Positions 36,897-50,738 of a stretch of 64,000 bases of DNA are shown one piece after another. Every line of letters begins with the position of its first letter. Positions within the stretch are counted from its first letter, which is position 1. The notes beneath the pieces were generated by a model. The model had not been told where the DNA came from, made no database searches, and saw only the letters and a list, made by a program, of their open reading frames with translations. The stretch lies in NCBI GenBank assembly GCA_032718475.1, contig JAUCBJ010000002.1, forward strand, positions 27,096 through 91,095. Reading direction: 5' to 3'. The position numbers and the translations under genes were made by a program. The DNA is from Nemertoderma westbladi (Eukaryota; Animalia; Xenacoelomorpha).

Positions 36897-37210
36897 CGCA
36901 GTTTAGAATCACCATCGCCATTCGCCTTGGAGAAAAGGTGGTAGAGCCCCACACCTGCAACTTTTGGGGCAGTCCGGTAGCTTCCAGTGGTCTACATGGA
37001 TGAGCACAGGCCAGTTCCCTCGCCACACCATGGTTAATGATAATGTGAGGCGGGCATCAGTCAGCTGTGGGGTTACCTCCATTCTAGAACCATCATGACT
37101 CTGCGGCAACGATGGAAAGCGTGTAGACAGGGTGACACTCATGCCTTGGTCCCAGAGTCGAACGCTAACATGTGATGCTACAGTGGTTGACCCCCTTGTC
37201 ACCGCCAACA
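36897..37210 (+). pseudogene. RLE-type non-LTR fragment (paralog of 5965-6285)
   Basis: Same motifs as the first copy. Confidence 0.55.
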
Positions 37211-37949
37211 TACATTGCATTGCATTAGAACATTGCATTAGAGACCTTTGGCCACCCCGGTCCAGTGAAGTCCTCCTTCCTCCAGGAAAACGGGTCCTGG
37301 TCTCCACACCGTGACACATGAGCCGCGCTCCCACAGGTTCCTACTACAGCGCATCGTCATGGCCATTCTGGTGGGGAACGCGGAGTCTGTCCTGGTGACT
37401 GCCGACCCATCCCCAGGTAGACTCTTTGGGGATTAGTCTCTTGTAGACTCTTGTATGTATGTTTCTATGTTGACAGTGATTGTGACAGTATATTTTATAA
37501 ACATGTATAATTTAGATTAAAAAATTTCCCCTTAACCTAATATACATATGATTTAATATTTCTAGGTCCAAATGTTATGCTTATAGATATTTCCAAAATC
37601 GGCCACAATCGGATTGCTGGAACTTGGTTAAAAGCCTATTTCAACAAAGCAACATTAAGTCATATATAAATCACCACTTTCCAATGTTCATAAGGAATTC
37701 TAACTTAGAACTACCCCACCCAAATCACTACCTATCGGGGAATTCGATTGGGTATTTCTATTGAAACCCAGTTACTAAGGCAACTGTGAGAAATACATGT
37801 CAAACTTAGCTGTAGAGTAAATTTAAGTAATTTAGGAAACCAATCCTATTAAGTGCACTATATGTTGCAAAATGAGGTAACATTGGATTATAATAATATC
37901 TATAAGAACAATTTATTTTTTGCAGTTGCAGTGAAATGGAATAGCACTT

Positions 37950-39590
37950 GGCTTGTAACATTGGTAAATATTCACACTTACTGTGGTCTCACGAGCAAAG
38001 TGATACGAAAGAGTACGCAGACAGCGTAAAGAGATTATTAGGTGATATTCTTAATAAAACAGCAACTGTTAATTTAATGAGTTGCAAGCAGCCTCACTGT
38101 CAGTCTCATCGTTCTGACATTGATGATCTCTATGTGGAGATAATTAATGCGTTGCAACAGTCTAGCGATCAGTTTATAAAAAAGTCTCAAATTAATTTTT
38201 CTGAAAAAATCGTCACATTCCAGGATGTTAAGGAAAAATACGGCCAATCACGGTCCGCTTTTAAGCTGTGGTGGTGCAGCGTCGTTTCGCCCTGACAAGG
38301 CGCTGTATATAAAGAATATTTAAGCTGCAAGGTATGAGGCAGCAGGTATTTAAGCTAGCTATGAGGCAGTGTAAAAAAGATCAAACAACGATTGAAAATA
38401 ATAAAATGGCAGAAGGTCTCCTATCTGGCGTTTCAAGTAAAAATTTTTGGTCTGAAGTTCGCAGCCGTACGAACACGCAAACGCCTTTCCCTAATAAAGT
38501 GGGAGATTGCTGTGGGGCGCCAAAGATCTGTAAAATATGGAATACCACTTTGAGGATCTTTATAATTGTGTGGGCGATGACAGTGACAGTGGGGCTGTCA
38601 ATATTCGTTTGAGTAACACCGCAAAGTTTGGGTATGTCCCCGTTACATATAAAGCAGATCTCAGACTCAATTTTTAGTTTATCTATTGGTAAAGCAAGTG
38701 GGCCAGACAATATTAGAGCTGAACATTTATTGTACGGGTATGGTTACATCTTAGTAGCTGCTCTATGTATTTTATTTAGTGCAATTAAATTACATAGTTA
38801 TATGCCATCAGCAATGATGGACTCTACCTACCATAATACCACTTGTTAAGGATAGGACTGGTGACCTTGCCAGTAAGGACAACTACCGAGGCATTGCCCT
38901 TTCCACGGTTCTGAGTAAGCTTCTTGAAAATATTATTCTGGAATACATATAATTTTTTGTAACTACTTTTTATAAACAGTTTGCTACAGAAACATGTATT
39001 TACACACTAAAAGAAATAGTCAATTATTATCTCACGCAGAATTCCTGTGTTTACGTTTGTATGATTGATGCTTCCAAAGCATTTGACCGCACCAACCATT
39101 ATAATCTTTTCAAGAAGTTTCTCGAACGTGGCACACCTATTTATATAGTTAATTTAATAAAGTACTGGTATCGTAATCAATCTTTACGTGTCCTTTGGGA
39201 TGGGGTGCTTTCTGCTTCATTCCAGGTTAGAAACGGTACAAGACAGGGTGGGATCTTATCACCCATATTCTATAGTGTGTACATTGATGGTCTTAGTATA
39301 GCTTTGACGGAAAGCGGTGTAGGTTGTATGATTGATTCTATTAGAATCAACCATCTTCTTTATGCCGACGACCTGTGCTTACTATCAAATTCAATTTTTG
39401 GTTTACAAAAACTAGTCGATATTTCTGTGAATTATGCAAATAAAAATTCAATTATTTTCAATGTCAAAAAAAAACAAAATGTATTTATTTTATCTCAAAA
39501 AGTTGTTCTCTTTCATGTCTGCCTAAAATTACACTTTATAATAAAACAATTCCTATTGTGGACTCTTTTAATTATCTTGGTCATATTAAG
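37950..39590 (+). pseudogene. Degenerate L2/Crack-like LINE RT (paralog of 7060-8690)
   Basis: IDASKAFD, QGGILSP and YADD motifs. Confidence 0.85.
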
Positions 39591-39719
39591 ACCAAGCCTT
39601 CGGGTCGCCTCTAGCTTAGGCCGACTGTTTGCTTGCTTTTACAGCAATGGGCAGACCCATGGTACAGCGCCGTACAAGGGAGAACCCAGGAAGTCTACTA
39701 CCCCAGGAGGTGGTCATTG

Positions 39720-41240
39720 AGGATAACCAGATGCTAGCGCGAGGATATAATGCGACCAAAAAGCTGCTCGATGAGCCGATGAGAACTGTTAAGGTCTACT
39801 GATCAAAACTCCTAACCAAGGTGGGTCTTTATAACAAACATTATGAGTATTTGGCTCGATTTGGCCAATGGGAACTGGTGGATAAATTAACGCGCGCGGG
39901 AGGTCACCGCAAATATGTTTGAACTTAGACAGCATAGGATTATTATTTTTGATAAGGTGTACATAGGGCCCTATGGGGTCGATATGAAAGGGATAAAATT
40001 AACAGATAAGGCCAGTTTGGGTGATATCTGTCCCGAGGTCTACCTGGAAGAATCAATATCATCTGCAGGGAGGGCTAATAGAACCAGTAAAAAGCAGACA
40101 TCTGTTGAAAGCATAAAGTCAGCTACATCCTGTGCAAAAGCAAGAAAGGTGACGGAATTAGATGCCTGCTAGACTTAATTGCATTATACCAAAGGGAGTT
40201 AGAACGGAGGTTAGATGAGGCACCCAAATGCCAACACATGAAACAAAATAAAACTGAACAAACCACTCCCGCAGATCAGAATAAAACGTTTGATATGCAG
40301 GTGTGGGAAGAAGGATTGCCCCCTATGGGATATCCAACAAGGACACAGGGAGAGTTGATTAACACAGAGCATAAAATAAACATGAGTGCCATGGAGCCAA
40401 TATCCATTCAGCCGGCGTCCGTGCCAACAAATACACCAGAGTCCAACATGCTTTGGGGGTTTCATCTTTAAACATACGATGATTGAGTTACCATCAGTAG
40501 ATTCTTTAAATTTTAATGGAAGCAACCCAGAAGAATATTTACAATTTCGCTGGATGTACAGCAATGAGATTCTCTCAAATAAAATTGACAAAGGGGAAAT
40601 GCCTAAAATATCTTCAATGCTTCACAGCTGGTCCCACTTAAGATATAGTAAGGCAGTACCAGGGATAATAGAAGGTGAATTTGAAGCAGCATGGGTGGTC
40701 CTAGATAAAGAATACAGACATCCCACTAAAATATTCTGACGGATTCTGATAGGAATAAGAAAGACTATAGAGGCGCAGAATGAACGTAGTAACGTAATAA
40801 TGGATAGTCCAGGTGTTGCCTATGTGGTTAAGGAAGAAGTGGTGGAGAATTGGGTTCACAATTCGCGAGAATAATGGGAAAGAACCAGGGTTAGATGATC
40901 TATCAGACTTCCTCAAGTATGAGTCAGAAGTAATGAACGATCCAGTGTATGAAGTAGATAATGTGTCTTAGGTAAAGAAAGGAGAGTGCACTAGGGAGAG
41001 ACAAGAACGTAACCAGTCAGATGAGATGCCTAGAAGACTATAGTCAATGTCATTTGGGATGACACAGGAGGGGTCTTCTAGACCAAGGGGCCTATGACAG
41101 TGCACAGAACTGCCAGATTCACCACAGACCAGACACTGCAACCAATGGAAAGAAATTCCATCTGATGATAGGTGACTTTATACATGGACACACAGGTTTG
41201 GCATCAAATGTGCAAACATGGACACATAGGAAGGACACGT
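39720..41240 (+). pseudogene. Decayed BEL/Pao gag related to BEL-2
   Basis: IELPSVDSLNFNGSNPEEYLQFRWMYSNEIL vs BEL-2 IELPPVEPFKFDGSRPEEYLQFRRMYSNEIL. LPMWLRKKW and EPGLDDLSDFLKYE also match. Confidence 0.75.
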
Positions 41241-41869
41241 CATTTTTGCAGTTTTATATATAACATGTCCAAGGACATATCATATATAAAACTGCAAAAT
41301 GTGTTACTCTGTAAGATCTGAATAATTCTGCAGTCTGATGTCTGACTTCTGATAGGCCTAAGGCCTGCCTTTTTTAAATTAATGCTTGGTATTGCCTTTA
41401 AATGCCTTAACTCTGTAAATTGCCTTTTCTGCTTCTGATAAACTAAACATATACCATGTGCAGTAATGCCTAAGTCTGACACTTGGCTGCAGGAGGAACA
41501 GGAACCTGGTCAGGGTCTATGAATAATTCAAAAGAAACCAAGAGTCGTGGTAGTGGAAATTCAGATGGAGAAATATCAACCATAGCATTGGTAGGTAGAC
41601 ATTGTTGAAATGGTTAAACTCATACAAATCTCATTATCGGAATTTAAACACGAAACTAAAGATAAAATAGAAACAATGGCGAAAAAATTGATTCCATGAT
41701 TCCTTCTAGCAATACCAGCAATACCATGATTCTTCCCCGTGGCTGACCCGAATAACCCTGGCAATAATACCAGGGTCATTCGGGTCAGCCACTGGCCCAG
41801 GGAAACCAATAGAAGGAGAAGATCGCCATCCAACTCAACAACACGATTGGAGTTCAAAAACGCCCTTTA

Positions 41870-44085
41870 CTAAATCGAAACCACTACTCAACTGTTATAG
41901 TGTCAATGCTCAATCATTGTGCAATAAATTTCATGATCTGGATTTATTACTTTCTAATGGTGACTTTGATTTAATAACAGAAACATGGCTTACAGACTCT
42001 GTGCCTGATGCTCAGATAAATGGCGATAATAATTACGTGGTATTTCGTAGAGATCGTAAATCTAGGGGTGGGGGGGTCTGCATTACTTATAAGGAAAAAT
42101 ATCAAATGTGTTGCTGTTCCAGTTAGTTATGATGGGGAATCAGAGATGGTTGCAGTGGATCTTGTGGGTAACACCCCCGTACGTATTGTTTGTTTGCACC
42201 CAACTCCATCTCAACCAACGACGATCTCATCTGTAATGCCATTAGTTTTCCTTGTATTATTTTTGGGGATTTTAACTTACCAGAATTTTACTGGGGAAAT
42301 TTCACTTACCTCGATAACCTGGTGTACAATAGATTTTCCCACTTTATTTTAGAGAACGGTCTGTCACAACTGCAATTTGAACCTACCAGAGGAACTTGTG
42401 TTAGACTTAGTTTTCACCACGGAATCATATGGTTGTTTCCTGTATAACCACATCAGCCGGATTTTCCACCAGTGATAATGATTCGGCAGTTATTTTTAAT
42501 ATTATAGCGCCAGTTCAGTATTCGGATGAAACAAATCATGGTTACTATGATTTTAAACATGCTAATTATAACAATTTTATTTCATTTATTGACAGTTTTA
42601 ATTGGTGCCGACAATTTGAACTATGTGATACAGTTGACGATTTTTGGACAACTTTTAGCTCCATTTTAAAGAAAGTTTGTGCCATTTAAGAAATTTAACC
42701 CTAAACTGAAAATGCATCAGGCTTTTGTCAAAAAACTCCAGCGAAAAGAAAAATTTTGTGGCGGCGCAGACACACAACTGACGGTTTGTTAGAATACAAA
42801 AAATGTGCTCGCTTAGCATCCAGTGTTGCATTTAGAGCGGCCTGCATTAACGAAAACAAAATTCTCTCCTCCGGAAAGCCAGATGCAAATTTCAGGTATG
42901 TCAACTCCAAACGTATTAATAAGTCTGGTATATCACCGCTGAAGTTTGGTGGCAGCACTGTTGTCGATAACGCCACCAAGGCTCATATTTTATTAAATGT
43001 ATTGTCCGAAAATGTTACTATTGATAACAATATTGTACCCGATCTTCCCCGTAGAGTACCCGTAGGAATTAATATATCAACAATAGATATTTCTCCTGTA
43101 AATGTTTATACTATGCTTCGAAAGATTCCGGCCGAGATCAGTAGGACTCCAGATGGATTGCCCAGCCTTCTTTTTTCAAAATTAGCACGCTGTATATCTG
43201 CACCATTATCCGCTATATTTACCATCTCATTTGAAACGAAAATGCTCCCTTCAATTTGGCTCACAGCTGATGTCATCCCGCTGTTTAAAAAAGGCAATTC
43301 ATCTGATCCCTACAACTACCGGCCTATTTCATTAACATGTATATCCTGTAAGTTAATGGAAATGTGTATTAAATATGAGTTATCTGAATATTTACTTAGG
43401 AACAAGTTAATTACAAAGGCACAGCACGGGTTTTTAAAGCTCAAATCTACATGTACTCAGTTATTGGAATCCGTTAAAGAATGGTATAAAATGGTTGATA
43501 ATGGCGACGCCTTTGACGTAGTGTACTGTACATTGACTTCGCAAAGGCATTCGATTCAGTAGTACTGTCTCTGTTTGGTCCCCATTGTTATTAACGTCTA
43601 TAGACTTGGTTGAGAATGTACAAAGATATTTTACACGTAGACTTTATTTGCGGTGCGGTTTGTCCTATAGTAGCTACCTCGACCGACTCAACTTTCTCGT
43701 GTTACAACCTCTTGAACTAAGGCGTATTATTTTCGATCTTAAGATGGTATATTCCATTGAACGAAATTTAATCGACCTTAATTTTGATGATTTTTTTACA
43801 CACCCCTCTAGACCCGGTCTCAAAGGACATAACCATAAACTATTCATAAAGCGAACTAGACTTAATCAATGCAAAAAATTGTGCCAATTTGGAACTCATT
43901 GCCCGATAGCATCGTAGAATCTAATAATAGAGATATTTTTATGCATCGCTTGTCTGATCATAACTTATTGGAATTTTGTCAATTTAAACGCAATATGTAA
44001 TTATTATTATTTTTTATCTTATGAATAGACTATTAGTACATTATTACTTGGTGTGGTACTCTACGGGGCCGAAATAAATACATTT
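41870..44085 (+). pseudogene. Degenerate CR1-like LINE ORF2 (paralog of 24340-26580)
   Basis: Same APE and RT motifs. Confidence 0.85.
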
Positions 44086-45545
44086 TTGATTTTGCTACTG
44101 TATATATATTTTTGCTAGTGTATATATATTTCTATGTAAAACCTATAAAACAGCCTATAAGTGCTTTCACAGCCTGGGTTGTCTTCTCCTCACCTTTTAC
44201 TATTTCTTATGTTATCATATCTGTATTTTAATTTTAATATCGATGAGTGTTTTAAATAAAATAAAATAAAATAAATGTTCCACTTTCGAAGTGGTCATAT
44301 CTAAAATCACTACAGATCATTCACAACTAATGTATTGACAGTATAATCTCACTCAACAATTCCTAAACTACGACATCCTAGTGTACGGTATTCCTGAGCG
44401 TAATAATGCATACAATTCCGTATTTTCTTGTCCTTTGCCGTCTTGGAAAACTTGGGAATCAATGAATCAGCAATCGATTTTGTCTATCATCATAGGCGTC
44501 AGTTAGAGAGAGCCAGCCAATTTGGAACCCACTCTGATGGTAACTCTTCTTCTAAAAATCCCCACAGCCGACTAATTCTTGTGAAGTTTATGAAACAACA
44601 ATCACGAATTACTGCACTATCCAGCAAATTAGACAAAGGAATATATGTCTGTGAGCTGCCATTTTTGGTGACTATTAGCGTGATCATCCTACACCATCAT
44701 TATTCAAACATGCAGATTCAACTATCTTTTTTAATATAGGTAAGAAATCCCTACAATACCTAATCCCACAATAAATAAACGGTTTTTCACGACAGTAGTT
44801 TAATTAACACAATAATCACATGCAATCCTTCACAACTTCGCTACCAGGTAACTCTCAAACTCGTGGGAGTACCCCATAGTGGGTGGACAGTTTTATCTTC
44901 CAACTGGAACTGGTAAACTCAAGTTTTACATTATCAGGTGTATCAAACTAGTATTGGATATTCTTTCAGTTGAGATATTTCTAGCTACTGTAACAATTCT
45001 CCACCAGCACATCTCAATGGTAAAATGAGGTTTGATTAGATGAGGATGTAAAATGCATATCATATATCGACCTTTATTGAACAAAATTTCACAATCCAAG
45101 AGAGAAGCTGGACAGGAGTGACGGAGGCTATATAAAGACAGTGATTGTGCTGGTGGTAAGCAGTGAGTGTAACAAAACAGTTGAGTCGATGAACAACTAC
45201 ATAGTGCTGAGCGTGTTAGAAGGTCATGATTTATTTAGTGAAAACGAAAAGAAGTGGACTTGGGCTAAGGATCTAAGGACATGGAAGCAGGGGTCAGGGG
45301 GCCCATCAGATGATCAGCATAGACAATGGTCTATCAGGAGCTTCAGAGAATGTACGGGTCCTGATGTAACTTGATGAGCTACATTGAGACGAATTTATGG
45401 TGGACAAATGAATAATTTTGTGGAACAACAATAAATTATTTAATAAATATTAAAAATTAACAATAAATAATGAATATTATTTTAATTGTAATTTCAAAAA
45501 CATTGAAAACAGCAAAATAAGCTATAAAAATGCTAATAAATTCAC

Positions 45546-46853
45546 CTAGCCTACGCGACATCTAAAAGCAAACACAGCCACCAAAGAGAAAATGAAAGGC
45601 AACCCCAACAAACTGAGAAGCGAAGAAGCTGCTGGCAATCCAAAGTAGTCGTTGAGAAAGCCACCAAAAATTGGGCCTATAAGTATTCCAATCGAATGTG
45701 ATATTCGTAACATTTGTTGGAGAAGGGATCTTGTGTCGACATTGTCTGGGTAGCCACAAACATTGACAGCCAGTTGCCTTTGCGTTTCCACTGCAGGGGT
45801 CATGGATAATCCTGTACCAAATCCAAATAGTGCACATCCTGTGATAGAGATGGTAAGATCTTGAGGTAAACCTAGAAGTTCTGTAGGTCCTATTAGTTGC
45901 ATTGCTAATGCTACTACCATTATACCGAATACGGTTGGTAAGATAGTCTTCAATTTCTTCATCAATAAACTTATTATTAAACCTATGAAGGATTGAAGAC
46001 TAGGAAATATCATATAAATACGACCAATATTGTACTGGTTCACATTGTAGGTGTGATAAATGTAGGCAGCATAGTTTGTAACTATAAATGATGCAAGTAT
46101 TGACCAATACGTGTGCGAAATAAATATGAACATTATTGCTGGATTCTTCAGAACCCCAAGATAAGTTGGTCTGGCTTCTTGAGATTCACATCTGTCATAA
46201 ATGTAAGCCGGTGACTCTATCGAGCAGTAAAAGACGATAATGAGAAACATTAAACCCGATATTATAAATGGGAATTTAAAACCAAACGCTTCAAAAACGG
46301 AAGAACCAAAAACAGGCGCAACCATGTTTCCCAGTGCGGCACTAATAATTGCCACGCTGGCTAATAAAGTTCTTTGTGTCGGCCATAATTCCATCAAAAG
46401 ACCGAATGAATACATATAACTGATGTTGAGTCCAACAGCTTCGATGATACGCAGTGAAAAACAAGCAAATATATATAATCCATTTCTATTATTAGGAATA
46501 TATTCCACAAACCCAAATGCTAACTGTGAAACAGCCCCAATAATACCGAATAGACCCAAAGAGATGTGAGTTCCCCAGTTGTTGATAGAATGAGGACAAG
46601 TGATGTATATTACAAGTCTTACAGCAGCAAACATAGACAGTAATGCACCAATCAAAGTCTTTGACCAATCTCGTTCTTCAACAACAATTGGAAAGAAGGT
46701 CTCTAATAGATTATGACACCAACCTGGTGTCATTTGATGCACCAACAACATGGCGACTAACAGGTAAAGTCTCCAGCCTTTTCGATGGCCAGTATTATTT
46801 GCAATATTTTTATTCATTGAACTTGAAGTTATGGGAGCCGCTTCGTCTGTCAT
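45546..46853 (-). CDS. SLC18B1-like MFS transporter type 2, intact intronless ORF, 435 aa
   Basis: About 12 hydrophobic segments. LRIIEAVG, LGNMVAPVFGS.VFEAFGFKFPF, LIGPTELL and SIGILIGPIFGGFLNDYFG resemble SLC18B1-family MFS motifs. Confidence 0.8.
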   Translation of the reverse strand: MTDEAAPITSSSMNKNIANNTGHRKGWRLYLLVAMLLVHQMTPGWCHNLLETFFPIVVEERDWSKTLIGALLSMFAAVRLVIYITCPHSINNWGTHISLGLFGIIGAVSQLAFGFVEYIPNNRNGLYIFACFSLRIIEAVGLNISYMYSFGLLMELWPTQRTLLASVAIISAALGNMVAPVFGSSVFEAFGFKFPFIISGLMFLIIVFYCSIESPAYIYDRCESQEARPTYLGVLKNPAIMFIFISHTYWSILASFIVTNYAAYIYHTYNVNQYNIGRIYMIFPSLQSFIGLIISLLMKKLKTILPTVFGIMVVALAMQLIGPTELLGLPQDLTISITGCALFGFGTGLSMTPAVETQRQLAVNVCGYPDNVDTRSLLQQMLRISHSIGILIGPIFGGFLNDYFGLPAASSLLSLLGLPFIFSLVAVFAFRCRVG

Positions 46854-48278
46854 CTTCTATAAATTGTGTTTGTACAGTAAACTGTATACCTACAACGAGT
46901 CACATGAATAATATTATATTGTATTAATATCAAATTAAGAGGCGGCAGTGTTCGTAGATTTTGTCAGGGTGGTGAGAAGGTGGAAATTGTACTAATTTCA
47001 TACCCCGAGTTGAAAATGTACCTCCCATATCACTTGCACTGAGTTCGGCCAGGGAACCTGCTGTCGGACAGACCATTCGAGAGATATGGATGGACCCAAG
47101 AGGAAGTGTCGTGATTAATAATGATTGTGTGACTTACAATGTATATTGTTTCTGATATAATCTAGTCTAACTATTTATCACACCAATACACCAATAATGT
47201 CATCGCAACTACGTTGCAGACAAAGTACAAACCAATAACTCTTACTAAAGCAAATTCAAATATAACAAACAATAAGACAAGAGTGGTCTCAAGAGTAAAG
47301 TGGTGTGGTGATATTTGATGAAGAAACTACACTCTAGGAATGAGCTATACACCCAATGTCGACATATTAAATATGCTGGTTAATCTGCCATTAGCACAGT
47401 TTAGTCATCTATATACTAAATCAAGGCATATCTGCTATACACTAAACTATGATAATCACGCAGCTGTAAAGGCTTTCCCACTAAAGTATATTATCCCCTT
47501 CTACTGTACAACATCCATCACCTTCTAATCGTTGCACCTATTTGGGCCATTAGTTAAATATTAATTCTCAGTGTTGAACCAGCCTCAACATACTATATTA
47601 TTTGTTCACCCATCATCCATGAACCTATACGCTACACCTTCGTACATAGTCTATGCACGTCTACATGTCCATGTGCGCGTCGAAGGTATGCGCATATCGC
47701 ACTATGTAGCCAATGTTAGATCCTCGGTAATTACTCTTCTAATATCGTCTTATATTGGTTTTGATATTATCACCAACAGGCAGAGGCAGGGGCTTGTTTT
47801 ATTGCCAAAGCAGACTCTGATTATCTGGTAAATGAATTATTAATGAACCAAATACGAAAGTAATGTAATCAAACAAGGAAATTTTCCCAACATGTAAAAT
47901 GTGTTTGAAATTCATTTGTTAAAGTTATTTTCTTTTCAAGGAAATTTTTTAACAAGTCCTGCCCCAAGGTAAAATTTTAGGGGATATAATTCAAAAACTG
48001 AGCAATAAATGTGTTATTCAATATTATTTACATTTCTTAAAGCGTTTTTTGGTATTTTTTTTTTTTTTGGGGGGGGGGGGGGTGAAGTTAAATATGTCTT
48101 GGTATTTAGGGGTTAAAATACATTTATTATAATAAGTAGGCCTACAGTAGATTCTGTTAACTGTCGCAGAAGTAGGGATAACATTTGCCCTCATTCTCTT
48201 ATATTTTCGATAAATGTATATTTAATTTGGTAAAAAGGGTATTTTAACAAACTATTGGCATGGCGGAAATATTTTTAG

Positions 48279-48818
48279 TGTGACGGGATCCAGGAAGGAT
48301 CCCGATTTATCCGTTTGTCAGTTCACGCGTCCCCGCCGTGTGTGAAAGATAAAGAGTTTCTGTTGTTCGTTGTATTGCAATGTTCGAGGTATATACAATA
48401 TAGATATAGATAATGATGACTGGTAATATTGTTGTACACGGAAGGCGGGAGACGGTAACTGAAATCCCGGTACTTCCCTAGCTAAACTATTCTTACAGTA
48501 GTACCAATAACACTGAGATAACTGAGGTAATATGATTACTGGTTACTGGTTATATTGCACGGTGGCCTTATTGCTCTACTCAATCGGTGCCTTCCCCCCT
48601 CCGATTGGTTGATACCCTTGTTGGCGCCCTTTGGAGTGTCCCGTTCACTCCACCTGTTCTCTCTTGGTTAGGGGTTTGGCCCCTGACCCTTATTGTGTGG
48701 TTCACCTTCCCATTTTGTTGGGGTGGCGCGAGTTGGTTGATTGCCCAATCTCGAGGCCCCCAATATTGCTTATCGGCTTAACTTTTATGGGGTGTTAGCG
48801 GGATTGGATAAGCTAACA
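48279..48818 (-). repeat. BEL-2 3' LTR (540 bp)
   Basis: About 98.7% identical to 60897-61437 (about 7 differences by eye). Confidence 0.95.
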
Positions 48819-48827
48819 CTCCCCCCC
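48819..48827 (-). promoter_or_regulatory. Polypurine tract of BEL-2
   Basis: GGGGGGGAG next to the 3' LTR, preceded by an 11-bp perfect hairpin at 48828-48856. Confidence 0.75.
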
Positions 48828-50007
48828 ATGCTATCTTCCCGGTGAGAAGATAGCATCAACCGAAAAGTGCGCTACAATCCCGCTGGATCCCGATCTAGCA
48901 TCGGGTGTGGGGTGGAAATCTTTTCTCTCGGAGTCGGCTTTCCAGGCCGCTCCCTCTGGGTATGATAACGCTACCCTTTACGCCTGGCGTCCATGTCGGG
49001 CCGATCGTGCTCGTCTCTCACACGATTTTTGTTTCCCCAACACTTTCGCCCTTGACTCTACTCTCCTCTCACTCTACTCTCGGACTTCTCTGTCCCTTAC
49101 TCAGCCTCTTACTCCTTCCCCCCCCCCCCCCACACGCTAGGATTGCATCGGCACCCTCTCCGCACTCCGCACTATCATTCTTCCCTCGACCCCTCATTGA
49201 CTACCTCATCCCCTCTGACGAATGTCACCTCCCCTCCCGTGCCGTCGCACTCAAGAAGTGTGAAGTCGTCTCGTGTCTCGTCCATAGTCCCATAGTCAAT
49301 TTAGTCCCCATTCCCAGTAGCTAATTGAGAAAGGTTGTATGACTATAGTACTTACATCGAGCGTATATATATATTTCTAGATTACTGATTACTACGTACG
49401 TACATACAAATTGCACTTATATTGATTATTTAGATTGAAATTAAATTTGTATTTAATAGTTCGCACGTCTCGCGTGGCGCCTTCCAGGCGTACCACACTA
49501 AAGTCTCAGTCTATTCCTCCCGACCTCGGGAACCTCCCCGTCTCTCTCGAGATGGCTTCCTCCCTGGGTCGCTTCCTAGTCACTATCGCTCCCCTGGGAT
49601 CTGCTTTCTGTCTTCTCCTGTCTAGCGATTTCTTCCAATCGCTTCGCTTCCCATCTATCCTATTCTATTCTATCAGTTACTTTTATTGTGTTCCAGAATG
49701 ATTTTCCTACTGTTACCATAATTTGTAACTTCCAGCCCTATCCTATTTATTTTGTTTTGTTTTGTCCTACTGTGCTACTACTTACTATTGCCTATGGATT
49801 ATCCTACTCTCTAATCCACATTCTGGCCTACTCTGTGGGCCTATGCAGTACAACAGTATGCGTCGCGTGGCCACACGATTTATCCAGCTGTACCCATATG
49901 CCCCCCTCTAATTGCTAACTAATATCTATGTCGTATATACCCCTCTACCTCTATCTCTTACTAACTAGTACTTTCTTACTAATTCTCACTCTCTCTCTCT
50001 AACTGTC

Positions 50008-50580
50008 GGTACTACGTACCCTCAACCAACTAACTATCCTAACTCTTACTCTCTAGCTAGTTAGCGGTACTACGTACCCTCAACCAACTAACTATTCTAA
50101 CTCTTACTAACCAATGGTACTACGTACCCTCTGACTCTTACTCTCTAGCTAGTTAGCGGTACTACGTACCCTCAACCAACTAACTATTCTAACTCTTACT
50201 AACCAATGGTACTACGTACCCTCTGACTCTTACTCTCTAGCTAGCTAGCGGTACTACGTACCCTCAACTAGCTAACTAACTAACTAACTCTTACTCTCTA
50301 GCTAGCTAGCGGTACTACGTACCCTCAACTAACTAACTAACTAACTCCTACTAACTAATGGTACTACGTACCCTCTAACTACTCTAGCTAACTAGCGGTA
50401 CTACGTACCCTTAACTAACTAACTAGCTGACTCTTACTAACTAATGGTACTACGTACCCTCTAACTACTCTAGCTAACTAGCGGTACTACGTACCCTTAA
50501 CTAACTAACTACCTGACTCTTACTAACTAATGGTACTACGTACCTCCTAACTAACTAACTAACTCTAGGTACTACGTACC
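50008..50580. repeat. Array of 13 GGTACTACGTACC palindromes spaced by (CTAA/CTAG)n tracts in the BEL-2 3' UTR
   Basis: Copies start near 50008, 50066, 50116, 50158, 50208, 50250, 50311, 50360, 50397, 50446, 50483, 50532 and 50568. Confidence 0.9.
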
Positions 50581-50738
50581 TTCTAACTCTTCTACCTTCT
50601 GCCTATTAACTGCGTACCTACTACGTACTATTATTTTATTTTTATTTTATTTGTATTTGTGTGGGAAGGGCGTCTCGCCCTCAATCCCACCCCCCTCAGT
50701 CCAAAACTTGGACGACTAAAAACTCCTCTCAGACTCCA

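Larger units (their letters stand above)
32043..48278. repeat. Tandem segmental duplication unit 2 (ends at BEL-2)
   Basis: Colinear with 1-30808 minus BEL-1 and the Helentron-type insertion. Homology stops exactly at the BEL-2 LTR. Confidence 0.95.

Noticed and set aside
45546-46853. Bacterial origin or contamination suggested by intronless MFS genes
   Set aside because: The genes are embedded among metazoan LINE and BEL elements, their motifs fit the SLC18B1 family, and AATAAA-like AT-rich 3' regions follow. There is no operon structure.
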